Part shown: piece by piece, positions 52,459-62,989 of the stretch | Numbering within the stretch: position 1 is the stretch's first letter | Layout of the letters: every line of letters starts with the position of its first letter | Source: an uncultured Gemmatimonadaceae bacterium | GTDB taxonomy: Bacteria; Gemmatimonadota; Gemmatimonadetes; Gemmatimonadales; Gemmatimonadaceae | Reading direction: 5' to 3' | NCBI GenBank assembly: GCA_963843845.1 | Contig: CAWJMB010000001.1 | Span: 64,001-128,000 of the forward strand | DNA length: 64,000 nt | The notes under the pieces: generated by a model | The model's input: only the letters and a program-made list of their open reading frames with translations | Told to the model about the DNA's origin: nothing | Databases searched by the model: none | Position numbers and translations under genes: made by a program

Positions 52459-55400
52459 GTGCGCCATCGCTTCTACACGCTGCTCGCCGCACTGGGCTGC
52501 GGCGCACCGTCGCTCGACGCGCAGGCGGCGGCGCCGCCGCCGCCACCGTCGTCATCCACGTCGCCGCAGCCATCGGCGCCAGACGTCGTGCGCGGACGCG
52601 TGCTCGACGACTCGAGCCGCGCGCTCAGGGCGGCGATCGTCCACGTCACGCGCGGCCCCGACCGGCTCGTGCAGCAGGACACGACCGACGCCGACGGCCG
52701 CTTCTCGCTGCGCTTCGATCCCGGAACGGGCGACTACCTCGTCGCGATCTCGGCGCCCGGCTTTCGCGCGGCGCGGCGGCGCGTGCAGCGGCAGGCGAAC
52801 GAGCGCGAGCTGGTCGCCGACTTCACGTTGGGCCGCGACCTCGCGACGCTCGCCGCAGTGACGGTGCAGGCGCGGCGGCCGACGCGCGCGACGAGCGCGA
52901 TCAGCCCGACGTCGGCCGAGACCGGCGCGAGCGAGCGGTGGAGTGACGGCGTGGACGGGCAGCTCCCGCCGACGCTCGCGGGCGACCTGAACGCGCTCGC
53001 GGGCACGATCCCCGGCGTGACGATGACCCCCGGCGGCCCCTCGATCCTCGGCTCGGGGGCCGAGTCGAACTTGCACGACGCTGAACGGGATGGCGCTCCC
53101 CGGCGGCTCGCTCCCGCGCGCGGCGCGCACCGAGACGCGCGTGACCGGCGCGACCTTCGACCCGACGCGCGGCGGCTTCTCCGGCGCGAACATCGACGTG
53201 CGGCTCGGGCCGGGAAGCCGCAGCTATCAGCAGCGCAACGCGTTCCTCACGCTCGACCCGTCGGCGCTCCAGCTCACCGACGCGGTCGGCCGATCGTCGG
53301 CACGCGCAGCACCGGCGGTTCGCGGAAGCGTCGGCGCCGACGGCGAGCTGATTCGGCGCGCGCTGACCTACAACGTCGCGCTCGACGTCGCGCGTTCGAC
53401 GAGCGACCCGGCCACGCTGCTCGACGCCGACGCGGCGACGCTGCTGCGCGCCGGCGTCTCTCCCGACTCGGTCGCGCGACTCGGCGCGGTGACGCGGCCG
53501 TTCGGCATCTCGCCCGGCGCGGGCGTGCCCGGCGCGCAGCGGCGTGACGCCGTCACCTGGCTCGGCCGCCTCGACGACACGCGCGACTCGCTGAATCGCC
53601 GTACGCTGACGACCTACGCGGGTCTCGCGACGCAGGGCGCGATCGGCTTCGGCCCGCTCGCCGCGCCGTCGGCCGCGGGCGAGCGCGACGACCGCGCGTT
53701 CGGCATCCAGCTCGCAGACGCGCGACCTCGTCGGGCCGGGGCGGCGCGTGCTCACGGAGACGCGGCGTCGGCGCGAGCGGGACGTGGGCGACGGGCGATC
53801 CGTATCGCGCGCTCCCCGGCGCGTCGGTGCTCGTGCGCTCGGCCGACGTCGAACGAGCGCAGCGACGTCACGGCGCTGTCGCGTCGGCGGCAACGCGTTC
53901 CTCGCTGAGCGACGAGCGGCGGTGGACGGTCGAGGCGGGGAACGAGACGTCGTGGAACGCGCGCGGCTCGCGGCACCGCTTCAAGGCCTCGGCGTGGGCG
54001 CGCGCCGACGGGCGTCGAGCAGGCGCCGAGCGGGAATCTGCTCGGCAGCTACAGCTTCAACTCGATCGCCGACTTCGGCGGCGAACCGCCCGGCGAGCTA
54101 CACGCGCACGCTCGTCGCAGCCGGCGCGCGCGGGCAGCGCGTGGAACGGGGCCGTCGCGATCGCGCACCAGTGGGTGCCGTCGCGCTGGTTCAACCTGAT
54201 CTACGGCGCGCGCGTCGAGGCGAACGCGTTCGGCGACGCGCCGCCGAGGAACCCGGCGCTCGAGTCCGCGCTCGGCGTGCGCACCGGTGCGGCGCCCGCA
54301 CGCGTGCACGTGAGTCCGCGCGTCGGGTTTCAGTACACGTACAACCGCGACAAGGACAACGGCAACGGCATCGAGCATGAACCAGATCGGCAAGTTCTAT
54401 CGCACGACGATGGGCGTCGTGCGCGGCGGCATCGGCGAGTTCCGCGACCTGCTGCGGCCGGGCGTGCTCGCGGACGCGAACGCGGGCGCGGGGCTGCCGG
54501 GAGGCACGACGATGCTGTCGTGCGTCGGCGCCGCGGTGCCGCTCCCCGACTGGCGGAGCTTCCTCGACGACCCGTCGACGATCCCGAGCGCGTGCGCCGG
54601 CGCGGCGTCCGACGCGAACGGCGGGCTGGCCGAGCGCGCGCCGTCGGTGACGCTCATCGACCCGAAGTACGACGTGCCGCGCAGCTGGCGCGCGTCGCTC
54701 GACTGGTCGACGACGATGTACGAACGTGATGCTCAAGCTCGGCGGGCTCGCGTCGTACGACCTCTCGCAGCCGGGCACGATCGACGCGAACTTCGCCGGC
54801 GTGTCGCGCTTCGCGTTGGGCGGCGAGGGGGGCCGCCCGGTGTTCGTGTCGCCGGCCGCGATCGACCCGGCGAGCGGCGCCGTGTCGGCGGCCGAGTCGC
54901 GGCGCGTGAACGCGTTCGGGCGCGTCGGCGTGCGGACGAGCGACCTGCGCGGCTACGGCGGGCAGCTCACGCTCTCGGCCGCGCCGGACATGTTCAAGAT
55001 GCGGCGGCGGCCGTGGGAGGCTGTTCGCGTCGACCGCCTACACGCTCCAGACGACGCGCCGGCAGTACCGCGGCTTCGACGGCGCCGGCTTCGGCGACCC
55101 GCGTGCGACCGAGTGGGCCGCCGGTCCGAACGACGCGCGGCACGCGGTGCTCGTGCAGGGCGGCATCTCGCCGCCGAACGTCGGAACGTTCACGCTGTTC
55201 GCGCGCGCGCAGTCCGGGCTGCCGTTCACGCCGCTCGTGCAGGGCGACGTGAACGGCGACGGGCGCGGCAGCGACCGCGCGTTCGTGCCCGATCCCTCGC
55301 GGTCGCTCGGGACGGGCGCTGACGATGTCGCGCTCGCGACGCAGCTCCGCGCGCTGCTCGCGAACGGGTCCGACGCGGCGCGCGAGTGCCTGACGGCGTA

Positions 55401-56279
55401 CGCCGGGACGGTCGCCGCGCGCAACGGCTGCCGCGGCCCGTGGACGCAGTCGCTGAACGTGCAGTGGCGGCCGCGCCTGCCAGCGAAAGTGCGCAACCGC
55501 GTCACGGCGTCGGTGTACTTCGCGAACGTGCTGGGCGGCGTCGACCAGCTGCTGCACGGCAGCGATCTGCGCGGCTGGGGCTCCGGCGGCGCGCCCGACC
55601 CGGTGCTGCTCGTGCCGCGGGGCTTCGACCGACCGCCGCGGGGGGCGCGCGCTTTCGCTACGACGTGAACCCGCGCTTCGGCGACACGCGCGGCGCGCGA
55701 ACGCTCGTGCGCGAGCCGTTCCGCGTCACGCTCGATTTCTCGTTCGAGCTCTCGACCGACTACAACGTGCAGGAGCTGCGTCGCGCGCTCGAGCCGGTGA
55801 AGGTGGGCCGGGCGTGGGAGCGGCGCACGGCCGACTCGCTCGCCGCGTTCTATCTGTCGAATACGTCGAACATCCACACGGCGCTGCTGACCGAGAGCGA
55901 CTCGCTGTTCCTGACGCCGGCGCAGGTCGCGCAGCTGCGCGTCCGCGACTCGGTCTACTCCGAGCAGGTGCGGGCGATCTACGTCCCGTTAGGCCGGTTC
56001 CTCGCCACGATGCCGAGCGGGGCGGCCGGGAAGGCGGCGCTCGACTCGGTCGCGGCGGCGCGCAAGGCGTACTGGAAGGTGTTCTGGCGCCAGCCGGAGA
56101 TCGCCGACTCGGCGCTCACGTCGCTGCAGCGGGAGCTCATGCCGATGCTGAAGAACATGCTCCAGATCACGCCGAAGGAGCGCGAAGGAAGTCAGTGGTT
56201 CTTCGGGAGCCCGGTGAAGTTCAAGGCGGAGAAGCCGGCCGTCTCGGCGAGCCGTCAGGCGCCCGGCGCGAGCTCGTAA
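52459..56279 (+). CDS. Large outer-membrane TonB-receptor-like protein (many frameshifts)
   Basis: Carboxypeptidase-regulatory N-domain, FDPTRGGFSG, SPRVGF, GDVNGDG, RYDVNPRFG across frames. Confidence 0.75.
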
Positions 56280-56998
56280 GCCGGCATCTCGTCCCCGTCA
56301 CCGCGTCGGAAGCCGACGACGCCGTACCCGCGCGCGAAGTACGAGAGGATCGCGTCGCGCGTGCGGGCCCGCCACGCCGCGCGCTCGTCGTACGGCAGGG
56401 CGTCGACGTCGCGCGGCACGGGGACGCGGACGATGGCGGCAGAATCGTCAGGCACGGTGGCCACGCCGCCCGTCGGCCCGAGGTCCCACGCCGCGACGAA
56501 GCGGTCGGTCTCGAGCGCGCCGTGCAGCGGCGAGCCGGTGTCGCCGCCGTACATGTTCGGCACGTACTCGGCGGCGCGTGCGCCTAACCGATTGAGATTG
56601 AGGTGCGCGTTGCGCGCCTGGAGCGGGTCGAAGGTCCAGTACATCGTCTCGACGCCGATCGCGCGGACGAGGTCGCGCTGGTAGCGCTTGAGCCGCTCGC
56701 CGAGCCCCGAGCCGCGCGCCTCGGCCCGCACGGCGAGCATGTCGGACCAGTGCGCGAGGCGGCCGTCCCTGATCCCCGTCATGCCGAACACGAAGCCGAG
56801 CATGCGGCTCGAGCGGCCGTCGGGCGCGAACGCCGCGGCGCAGACGCCGCCGAGCTTCTGGGTGACGAGGAGGATCGTCGCGGGGACGCGCTCGTGGAAA
56901 TCGGTGCCCCACGTCTCGCGCTGGATCGCGACGCACTCGTGGTATTCGGCGAGCGTCTCGACGCGGCGGATCGTGACGGGGTCTGACTCGCGACGCAT
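56255..56998 (-). CDS. GNAT acyltransferase, NSAR-associated type
   Basis: WSDMLAV, GLGERLK..QR, WTFDPLQARNAHLN, NMYG. Confidence 0.85.
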   Translation of the reverse strand: MRRESDPVTIRRVETLAEYHECVAIQRETWGTDFHERVPATILLVTQKLGGVCAAAFAPDGRSSRMLGFVFGMTGIRDGRLAHWSDMLAVRAEARGSGLGERLKRYQRDLVRAIGVETMYWTFDPLQARNAHLNLNRLGARAAEYVPNMYGGDTGSPLHGALETDRFVAAWDLGPTGGVATVPDDSAAIVRVPVPRDVDALPYDERAAWRARTRDAILSYFARGYGVVGFRRGDGDEMPAYELAPGA

Positions 56999-57129
56999 GC
57001 GGCTCGGAGCGAGGGAGGAACGAGAGCGGGCAGCCGGCGAGGAATCTTGCCGACGGCGAACCCCGAAGACAGCTTCGCGTCGGCACCGTGTACAGTATCG
57101 GATACGGAGCAGTGCCCCGAGCGCCTCGG

Positions 57130-57253
57130 CGCCGGCAGCCACATCGACCTCGCCGAGGGGCTGATCCGCCGCAGGTACACCGACGCGCAGACCGAGGAGA
57201 TCCTCGGCGGCAACTTCCGGCGCGTGCTGTCACAGATCTGGACTCCCGGGTGA
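57130..57253 (+). pseudogene. C-terminal remnant of an M19 membrane dipeptidase
   Basis: LAEGLIRRRYTDAQTEEILGGNFRRVLSQIW*; rest of the gene absent. Confidence 0.6.
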
Positions 57254-57261
57254 CGCATCCG

Positions 57262-58446
57262 ATGACCACGCACGCCGTTCGACTCGAGCAGATCGCGCTG
57301 CGCGAGATCCGCCTGTCGCTGAAAGAGCCGTTCCGCATCTCGTCGGGCGTCGTCACCGAGCGCCGCATCTGTCTCCTCGAGCTGCGCGACGCCGACGGCA
57401 CGGTGGTCTGGGCCGAGTGCGTCGCCGGCGAGCAGCCGAACTACAGCGCGGAGACGATCGACACCGCCTGGGCGGCGATCACGACGTGGGTCGCGCCGCG
57501 CGTGCTCGGCACGACGTTCGACGCCCCCGCCGCCATTCGCCCCGCGCTCGAGCGCGACTTCCGCGGTCACCCGATGGCGAAGGCGGCGGTCGAGATGGGG
57601 AGCTACGCGCTCGCCGCGCAGCGCGCGGGCGTGCCGCTCGCCCGCTTCCTCGGCGGCGGACGGACGCGCATCCCGACCGGTATCTCGTTGGGCATCCAGC
57701 CGCGGCCGGAGCTGCTCGTGGCGCGCGCGCTCGCGGCGAAGGCGGCCGGCTATCGCAAGATCAAGGTGAAGATCGCGCCGGGCTCCGACGTCGAGTTCGT
57801 CGGCGCGGTGCGCGAGGCGGTCGGGCCGGAGCTCGCGCTCATGGCCGACGCGAACTCGGGATACACGCTCGCCGACGCCGATCACCTCGTCCGGCTCGAC
57901 GCGTTCGGCCTGACGATGATCGAGCAGCCGCTGGGCCGCGACGACCTCGTGCAGCACGCGGCGCTGCAGCGCCGGCTCCGGACGCCGCTCTGTCTCGACG
58001 AGTCGATCACCGACGTCGACCGGGCGCGCGACATGATGACGTTGGGCAGCGGCCGCATCGTGAACATCAAGCCGGGACGTGTCGGCGGCTTCGCGTCGTC
58101 GATCGCGATCCACGACGCGTGTCAGGCGGCGGGCGTTCCCGTGTGGTGCGGCGGGATGCTCGAGAGCGGCGTCGGGCGCGCGTACAACGTCGCGCTCGCG
58201 TCGCTCGCGAACTTCTCGATGCCCGGCGACCTCTCGCCGAGCGCACGCTACTGGGAGCGCGACGTCGTCACGCCCGAGTGGACGATGGGGAGCGACGGCA
58301 TGGTCGCCGTCCCGTTGGAGCGCCCCGGCATCGGTGTCGAGGTCGACGTCGACCGGATCGAGAATCTCACCGTGCGGCGTGACGTGCTGCGTCGTGCCAG
58401 CACGGACCCCGGCCTGCGCGCTGAGGCGCCGCGCCTGGCAGGGTGA
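57262..58446 (+). CDS. menC: o-succinylbenzoate synthase / N-succinylamino acid racemase
   Basis: PFRISSG, KIKVKI, DANSGY, IEQP, LDES, NIKPGRVGG, CGGMLE, GDLS. Confidence 0.85.
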   Translation: MTTHAVRLEQIALREIRLSLKEPFRISSGVVTERRICLLELRDADGTVVWAECVAGEQPNYSAETIDTAWAAITTWVAPRVLGTTFDAPAAIRPALERDFRGHPMAKAAVEMGSYALAAQRAGVPLARFLGGGRTRIPTGISLGIQPRPELLVARALAAKAAGYRKIKVKIAPGSDVEFVGAVREAVGPELALMADANSGYTLADADHLVRLDAFGLTMIEQPLGRDDLVQHAALQRRLRTPLCLDESITDVDRARDMMTLGSGRIVNIKPGRVGGFASSIAIHDACQAAGVPVWCGGMLESGVGRAYNVALASLANFSMPGDLSPSARYWERDVVTPEWTMGSDGMVAVPLERPGIGVEVDVDRIENLTVRRDVLRRASTDPGLRAEAPRLAG

Positions 58447-58633
58447 GGCGCGGCCCCGGCTTCGATCTCGGCGTCGGCGTCGAACGTCGCTGGAACACGT
58501 CAGGTCCGAAGCTCGCCGGCCAGCTCCACTTCGTCGCGGGCGACGTGGACGACGTCCACCTGGACCTCGCCGTCCACGACGTCGAGACCTTCCCGGACGG
58601 CACGACCGAGCGCATGACCCCCCATCCGCTCGC

Positions 58634-59497
58634 TCAGCCCTCGCCGAGAAACCGCGTGTGGAACGGCTCCCGGAACGTGCGCGAGAGCCTGAGCTTCGTG
58701 CCGTCGCGTAACACGACGACCGCGTCGCCGCCGAACCACGGCTGCACTTCCTGCACGCGCGACAGGTTCACGAGGTAGCGCCGGTGGATGCGCACGAAGC
58801 GCCGCGGGTCGAGCTGCGCCTCGAGGTTCGCCGACGTCTGCCGCACCAGGTAGCTCTGCCGCCCGGCGTGCACGCGCACATAGTTCCCTTCCGTCTCGAA
58901 CCAGTCCACCTCGTCGAGCCGCACGATGCGCAGCGCGCCCTCGACGCGCACGGCGAGGTGCTCGCTGCTCGGCACGCGTGTCAGCTCCTCGCTCACGACG
59001 CTGCGGATGAGCGATCGCAGCCGCGCGTCGTCGCTCGGCCCGGCCGGGTTCTGGGTGCCGGCGGCCGGCTCGGAGCGCGTCGCGCTCGACCGCAGCCGCG
59101 CGCGCGCGCGGTCGAGCGCGACGTGGAACCGCTCGCGGTCGAACGGCTTCAGCAGGTAGTCGACCGCGTGCACCTCGAACGCACGCACCGCGTACGCGTC
59201 GTACGCCGTCACGAACACCACCGTCGGCATCTTCTCCCCGCCGATCGCCTCGATGACCTGAAAGCCGGTGAGGTCGGGCATCTGCACGTCGAGGAAGACG
59301 AGGTCGGGCGTCTCCTCGCGAATGCGCTCGATCGCCTCCCGTCCGCCGGCGCACTGCGCCACGACGCGCACGCCGGGCACCTCGCCCAGCATCCGCGCGA
59401 GCCGCCGGCGCGGCACCGGCTCGTCCTCGGCGATGACGACGGTGATCTCGGCGCCGAGCGCCGAGCCGGACACGGAGTCGAGCACGGAGTCGATCAT
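58634..59497 (-). CDS. LytTR-family response regulator
   Basis: AEDEP, LDVQMP, TAYD, FVRIHR, LSR. Confidence 0.92.
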   Translation of the reverse strand: MIDSVLDSVSGSALGAEITVVIAEDEPVPRRRLARMLGEVPGVRVVAQCAGGREAIERIREETPDLVFLDVQMPDLTGFQVIEAIGGEKMPTVVFVTAYDAYAVRAFEVHAVDYLLKPFDRERFHVALDRARARLRSSATRSEPAAGTQNPAGPSDDARLRSLIRSVVSEELTRVPSSEHLAVRVEGALRIVRLDEVDWFETEGNYVRVHAGRQSYLVRQTSANLEAQLDPRRFVRIHRRYLVNLSRVQEVQPWFGGDAVVVLRDGTKLRLSRTFREPFHTRFLGEG

Positions 59498-61323
59498 GCG
59501 ACGCGAAGTGGAGGTTCGGAGACGGAGCGGGCGATCGCCTCGGCGAACGCCTCGGCGGACGCCTCGGCGGACGACGATCCCGCGCCGCGACTGTCGAGCG
59601 TGCCGCGCAGCTCGTCGGCGAGCGCCGTGATCGCGCGCTCGGTCGCGGCGACGTCGCGCTCGACGGTCTCGGCCAGCTCGTCGAGCGTGCGGACGATGAC
59701 CTCGGGCTGCGCGCGCACCGTCGCCGCCTGCAATCGCGACTCGGCGATCTCGGCCCGGAGCGTCACCTCCAGGCGCTCGCGCTCGTGCAGCCACGCCGTC
59801 ACGCGACCGTGATGCCCGACGCCCAACACGATCCAGTACGCGAGCACGCTGATGAACAGCGTCGTCACGTACGCCGCGGGCCACGGCGGCGCGTCGGCGT
59901 GGAGCATCGCGTCGAGCGCCACGCGCCACGCGAGCGCGTGCACGACCGCGACCGCCGCGGAGAGCGCGAGGTGCAGCGCGACGCGCCACGCCGCGCCGCG
60001 GCGTTGGAGCGTGACGACGCCGGTCAGCCAGAGCACGAGCGGCGTCGCGACCGCCCAGAGGAGCGCCCCGGAGAGGTGCGTGACGACGACGCGCGACAGC
60101 TCCGCCTCTTCGAGCCGCCCGCGCATGACGAGGTACGCGCGGCTCTGCCCCGCCCACGCCGAGCCCCAGAGCAGCCAGCCGACGATCGTCGCGGCGGCCG
60201 GGTGGCGCTGCACGAACGCGAGCAGGCGCCCGGCGCGCGGCCCATCGTTCGGCTCGGCGTCGATGCTGTCGGTCGCCGGCGTGCGGCGTGCGGGGATCGA
60301 GAGCGCGACGTCGGCGCCTCCGTTCGGCGCCTCGTGAAGGTCCAACGTCCACTCGCTCCCGTAGAGCGCGGCGAGCCGCTCGCGCACGTTGCGCAGCCCG
60401 AGCCCGTAGCCGGGGACGTGCGTCGGCGCGCTGAGCCCGACACCGTTGTCGCGCACGACCACCTCCAGCCGCCCGTCTTCGACGCGTGCGGCGATCTCGA
60501 TGCGCCCGCGTGCGGAGCGGCCGACGAGGCCGTGTTTGATCGCGTTCTCCACGAGCGGCTGGAGCAGCAGGCGCGGCACGCGCACGTCGCGGGCGCCGGG
60601 GCTCACGCGCTGCTCGATGCGCAGCCAGTCGGCGAAGCGCATCCGCTGGATCTCGAGATACGGCTCCAGCGTCGCCAGCTCTTCGGCGAGCGTGACGTCC
60701 TCGCCGCGGCGCTCGGTGGCGGCGCGGAGCAGCGCGGCGAGCGCGCGGAGCATGCGCGCCGCGGTCGCCGGGGCCTCGTACGCCAGCTCGGCGACCGTGC
60801 CCAACGCGTTGAAGAGGAAGTGCGGCTGGAGCTGCGCCTCGAGGTAGGCGAGGCGGGTCCGCGCGAGCTGCGCGCGTAGCATCAGTTCGGCGCGCACGCG
60901 GGCGAGCACGGCGTCGTGCGCGTCGAGCACGCGCGTCGCGAGCAGCACGGCGCCGTACTGCGCGACGGTGACGTCGAGGAAGTAGACCGCGGTCGCGTAC
61001 CACGGTGACGCCGGCCACTCGCCCTGAGCGGCGAGCACGAGGCGCCGCGCCGTCGTGTCGATCGCCGCGGCGCCGACGATGCCGACGAGCGTCGCGACGA
61101 CGCCGTGCCGCCGGTCTTCCCACCGCGCGACGAGCGGCGTGAGCAGCGTCCACGTCAGCGCGAGCACGCCGTAGTACGGCAGCAGCGCCGCGAGCCGCGC
61201 GCCGCCCGGCGTCGACGTCACCACGACCAGGTACTCGACGAAGGCGAGCGTCGCCCACCCGCCGGCGACGACGCCGAGGCGGCGCGCCGTCCACGGCGCC
61301 AGCGCGCGCGTCACCGACGGCAC
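59494..61323 (-). CDS. LytS-type kinase with a duplicated C-terminal TM block
   Basis: AQLQPHFLFNAL, QPLVENAIKHG, GLGLRN, then a second TM region. Confidence 0.85.
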   Translation of the reverse strand: MPSVTRALAPWTARRLGVVAGGWATLAFVEYLVVVTSTPGGARLAALLPYYGVLALTWTLLTPLVARWEDRRHGVVATLVGIVGAAAIDTTARRLVLAAQGEWPASPWYATAVYFLDVTVAQYGAVLLATRVLDAHDAVLARVRAELMLRAQLARTRLAYLEAQLQPHFLFNALGTVAELAYEAPATAARMLRALAALLRAATERRGEDVTLAEELATLEPYLEIQRMRFADWLRIEQRVSPGARDVRVPRLLLQPLVENAIKHGLVGRSARGRIEIAARVEDGRLEVVVRDNGVGLSAPTHVPGYGLGLRNVRERLAALYGSEWTLDLHEAPNGGADVALSIPARRTPATDSIDAEPNDGPRAGRLLAFVQRHPAAATIVGWLLWGSAWAGQSRAYLVMRGRLEEAELSRVVVTHLSGALLWAVATPLVLWLTGVVTLQRRGAAWRVALHLALSAAVAVVHALAWRVALDAMLHADAPPWPAAYVTTLFISVLAYWIVLGVGHHGRVTAWLHERERLEVTLRAEIAESRLQAATVRAQPEVIVRTLDELAETVERDVAATERAITALADELRGTLDSRGAGSSSAEASAEAFAEAIARSVSEPPLRVA

Positions 61324-61501
61324 GCGGAGGTCGCGCGCACGACCAACACGTTCGTCGCGCGCGTGCGAGCGATCGCGCCAACGTCGCGCCCGGCGTGGAT
61401 CGGCATGACGGGAGGAACGGCAGGATGCGGAGTCGAGCGAGGCGTCGCGACCGGATGCCGCGTCGCGACTGCGACGGCAGTCCGCGCGTGGCTCGAGCGT
61501 G

Positions 61502-61577
61502 CTCGACAGAAGGAACAGCAGGCACAGAAGACCTGCTCGGGTCCGCTACTGCCGCTCCTTCTGTGCCTTCTGTCGAG
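61502..61577. repeat. Inverted-repeat element (REP/MITE-like)
   Basis: CTCGACAGAAGG...CCTTCTGTCGAG ends with internal 9-bp ACAGAAGG-type subrepeats. Confidence 0.6.
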
Positions 61578-61693
61578 AACGACGGCGAACGCATCCGCGA
61601 GTTGTCATAGACACCGGCACTGGCGGATTGGTTTGCGCTTCACGGTGACGAACCCCGCACGGGGCCGCCACGACCGTGGGACGAACCGTCCGC

Positions 61694-62203
61694 TCAGCGA
61701 GTCGAGCCGTCGCTCGAGGCGCCCGGAAGCAGACCGTAGCCGCGCGCCATCATCACCGCCGCCACGATCATCGCCACGACGAGCAGCGCCTCGACGCGGC
61801 TGACGAGCACGATGCGCCGCGCGGCGGCGGGCGTCGCCGTCGCCCCGCGCCGCCAGCGAATCAGCGTCATCATCGGCCACAGCTCGAGCAGCAGCACGAG
61901 GACGAGGAACCCCATCTTCGCGAAGAAGAGGTGGTTGTGCATGTAGTAGCTCACGCCCTTCTCGGTCGACGCGAGCACGCGCCACACTCCGGTGCCGATC
62001 CACAGGAGCGCCGCGAGCCCCCACAGCGTGTCCGCGCGGAAGACACGTCGCAGCGTCCGGCCGTCGATGGGCTCGCGCAGCGCCGCCGCGCGATCGAGCA
62101 CCGCGCCGAGGCCGAGACCGAGCGCGACGAGATGGAGAGCGGCGAGCGCGAGGCGCAGAGTCGGGTCGGGGAGCATGCGGCGGAAAATGACCGGCGCGAC
62201 CAA
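61694..62203 (-). CDS. DUF2214 family membrane protein
   Basis: D.LWG, TG.WR, EKG.SYY..N..F.AK, MARGYG. Confidence 0.8.
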   Translation of the reverse strand: MVAPVIFRRMLPDPTLRLALAALHLVALGLGLGAVLDRAAALREPIDGRTLRRVFRADTLWGLAALLWIGTGVWRVLASTEKGVSYYMHNHLFFAKMGFLVLVLLLELWPMMTLIRWRRGATATPAAARRIVLVSRVEALLVVAMIVAAVMMARGYGLLPGASSDGSTR

Positions 62204-62251
62204 TCCGCGCGAGACGCCACTGCGTATGCCTCATGATGCGATTCCCCCCTG

Positions 62252-62989
62252 ATGCTCGCTGACGCCCCTCCCGCGGCCGTCTCGCTCTTGTCCGGCCGCG
62301 CGCCCGTCATGTACCTTCGCCCGACGTCGGCGCTCGCGAGCCGCGCACCGACGCTCATCTCTCTCGTTCCCCTGGACGTGGCCGACCTCGACCCACCGGC
62401 CGGCGCCCCGCAGCTCGACGACGCCGGCCTCGTGCGCGCCATGCATGGCGGCGACGGCCGCGCCGCCGGCGTCCTCTACGACCGTCACGCCGCGATGGTC
62501 ATGGGCCTCGCGCTCGCGATCGTCCGCGACCGCACCGACGCCGAGTCGGTGGTGCTCGACACGTTCACGCAGGTGTGGCGGAGCGCGGCGCGCTACGACC
62601 CGACGCGCGGATCGGTCGTGAGCTGGCTCGTCGTCCTCACCCGCAGCCGCGCGCTCGACCTCGTGCGCTCGACCGGACGCCGCGCGCGGCTCACTCCGGT
62701 CTCGGTCGACGACGCTCCCGCCGCCGCCCTGGTCGCCTCCGACGGCTCGTCGAACCCGTCGCTCGCCGTCGAGGCGAGCGAGCGGCAGGTCAAGGTCGCC
62801 GCCGCGCTCGCCGAGCTGCCCGACGCCCAGCGCAGCGCGATCGAGCTCGCGTTCTTCGACGGGCTGTCGCACTCCGAGATCGCCGACCGTCTCGCCGAGC
62901 CGTTGGGTACCGTGAAGACACGCATTCGCCTCGGCATGACGAAGTTGCGTCACCTGCTGCGGCCGTTCGGAGAAGGAGTCGTGCAATGA
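62252..62989 (+). CDS. ECF sigma factor (SigK-like)
   Basis: LYDRH, VWR.A..YDP.RGS, LAFFDGLSHSEIA, PLGTVKTRIR; true start may be downstream. Confidence 0.9.
   Translation: MLADAPPAAVSLLSGRAPVMYLRPTSALASRAPTLISLVPLDVADLDPPAGAPQLDDAGLVRAMHGGDGRAAGVLYDRHAAMVMGLALAIVRDRTDAESVVLDTFTQVWRSAARYDPTRGSVVSWLVVLTRSRALDLVRSTGRRARLTPVSVDDAPAAALVASDGSSNPSLAVEASERQVKVAAALAELPDAQRSAIELAFFDGLSHSEIADRLAEPLGTVKTRIRLGMTKLRHLLRPFGEGVVQ

Noticed and set aside
12018..56279. Dense frameshifts (12-15.5, 38-42.5 and 53-55.7 kb) as mass pseudogenisation or programmed frameshifting
   Set aside because: Motifs stay intact across single-base shifts and the errors are regionally clustered, which is typical of low-coverage long-read indels
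2047..56588. GTTAGGC/GCCTAAC as integron attC sites
   Set aside because: Copies are single and mostly intragenic, not paired RYYYAAC...GTTRRRY hairpins, and there is no integrase
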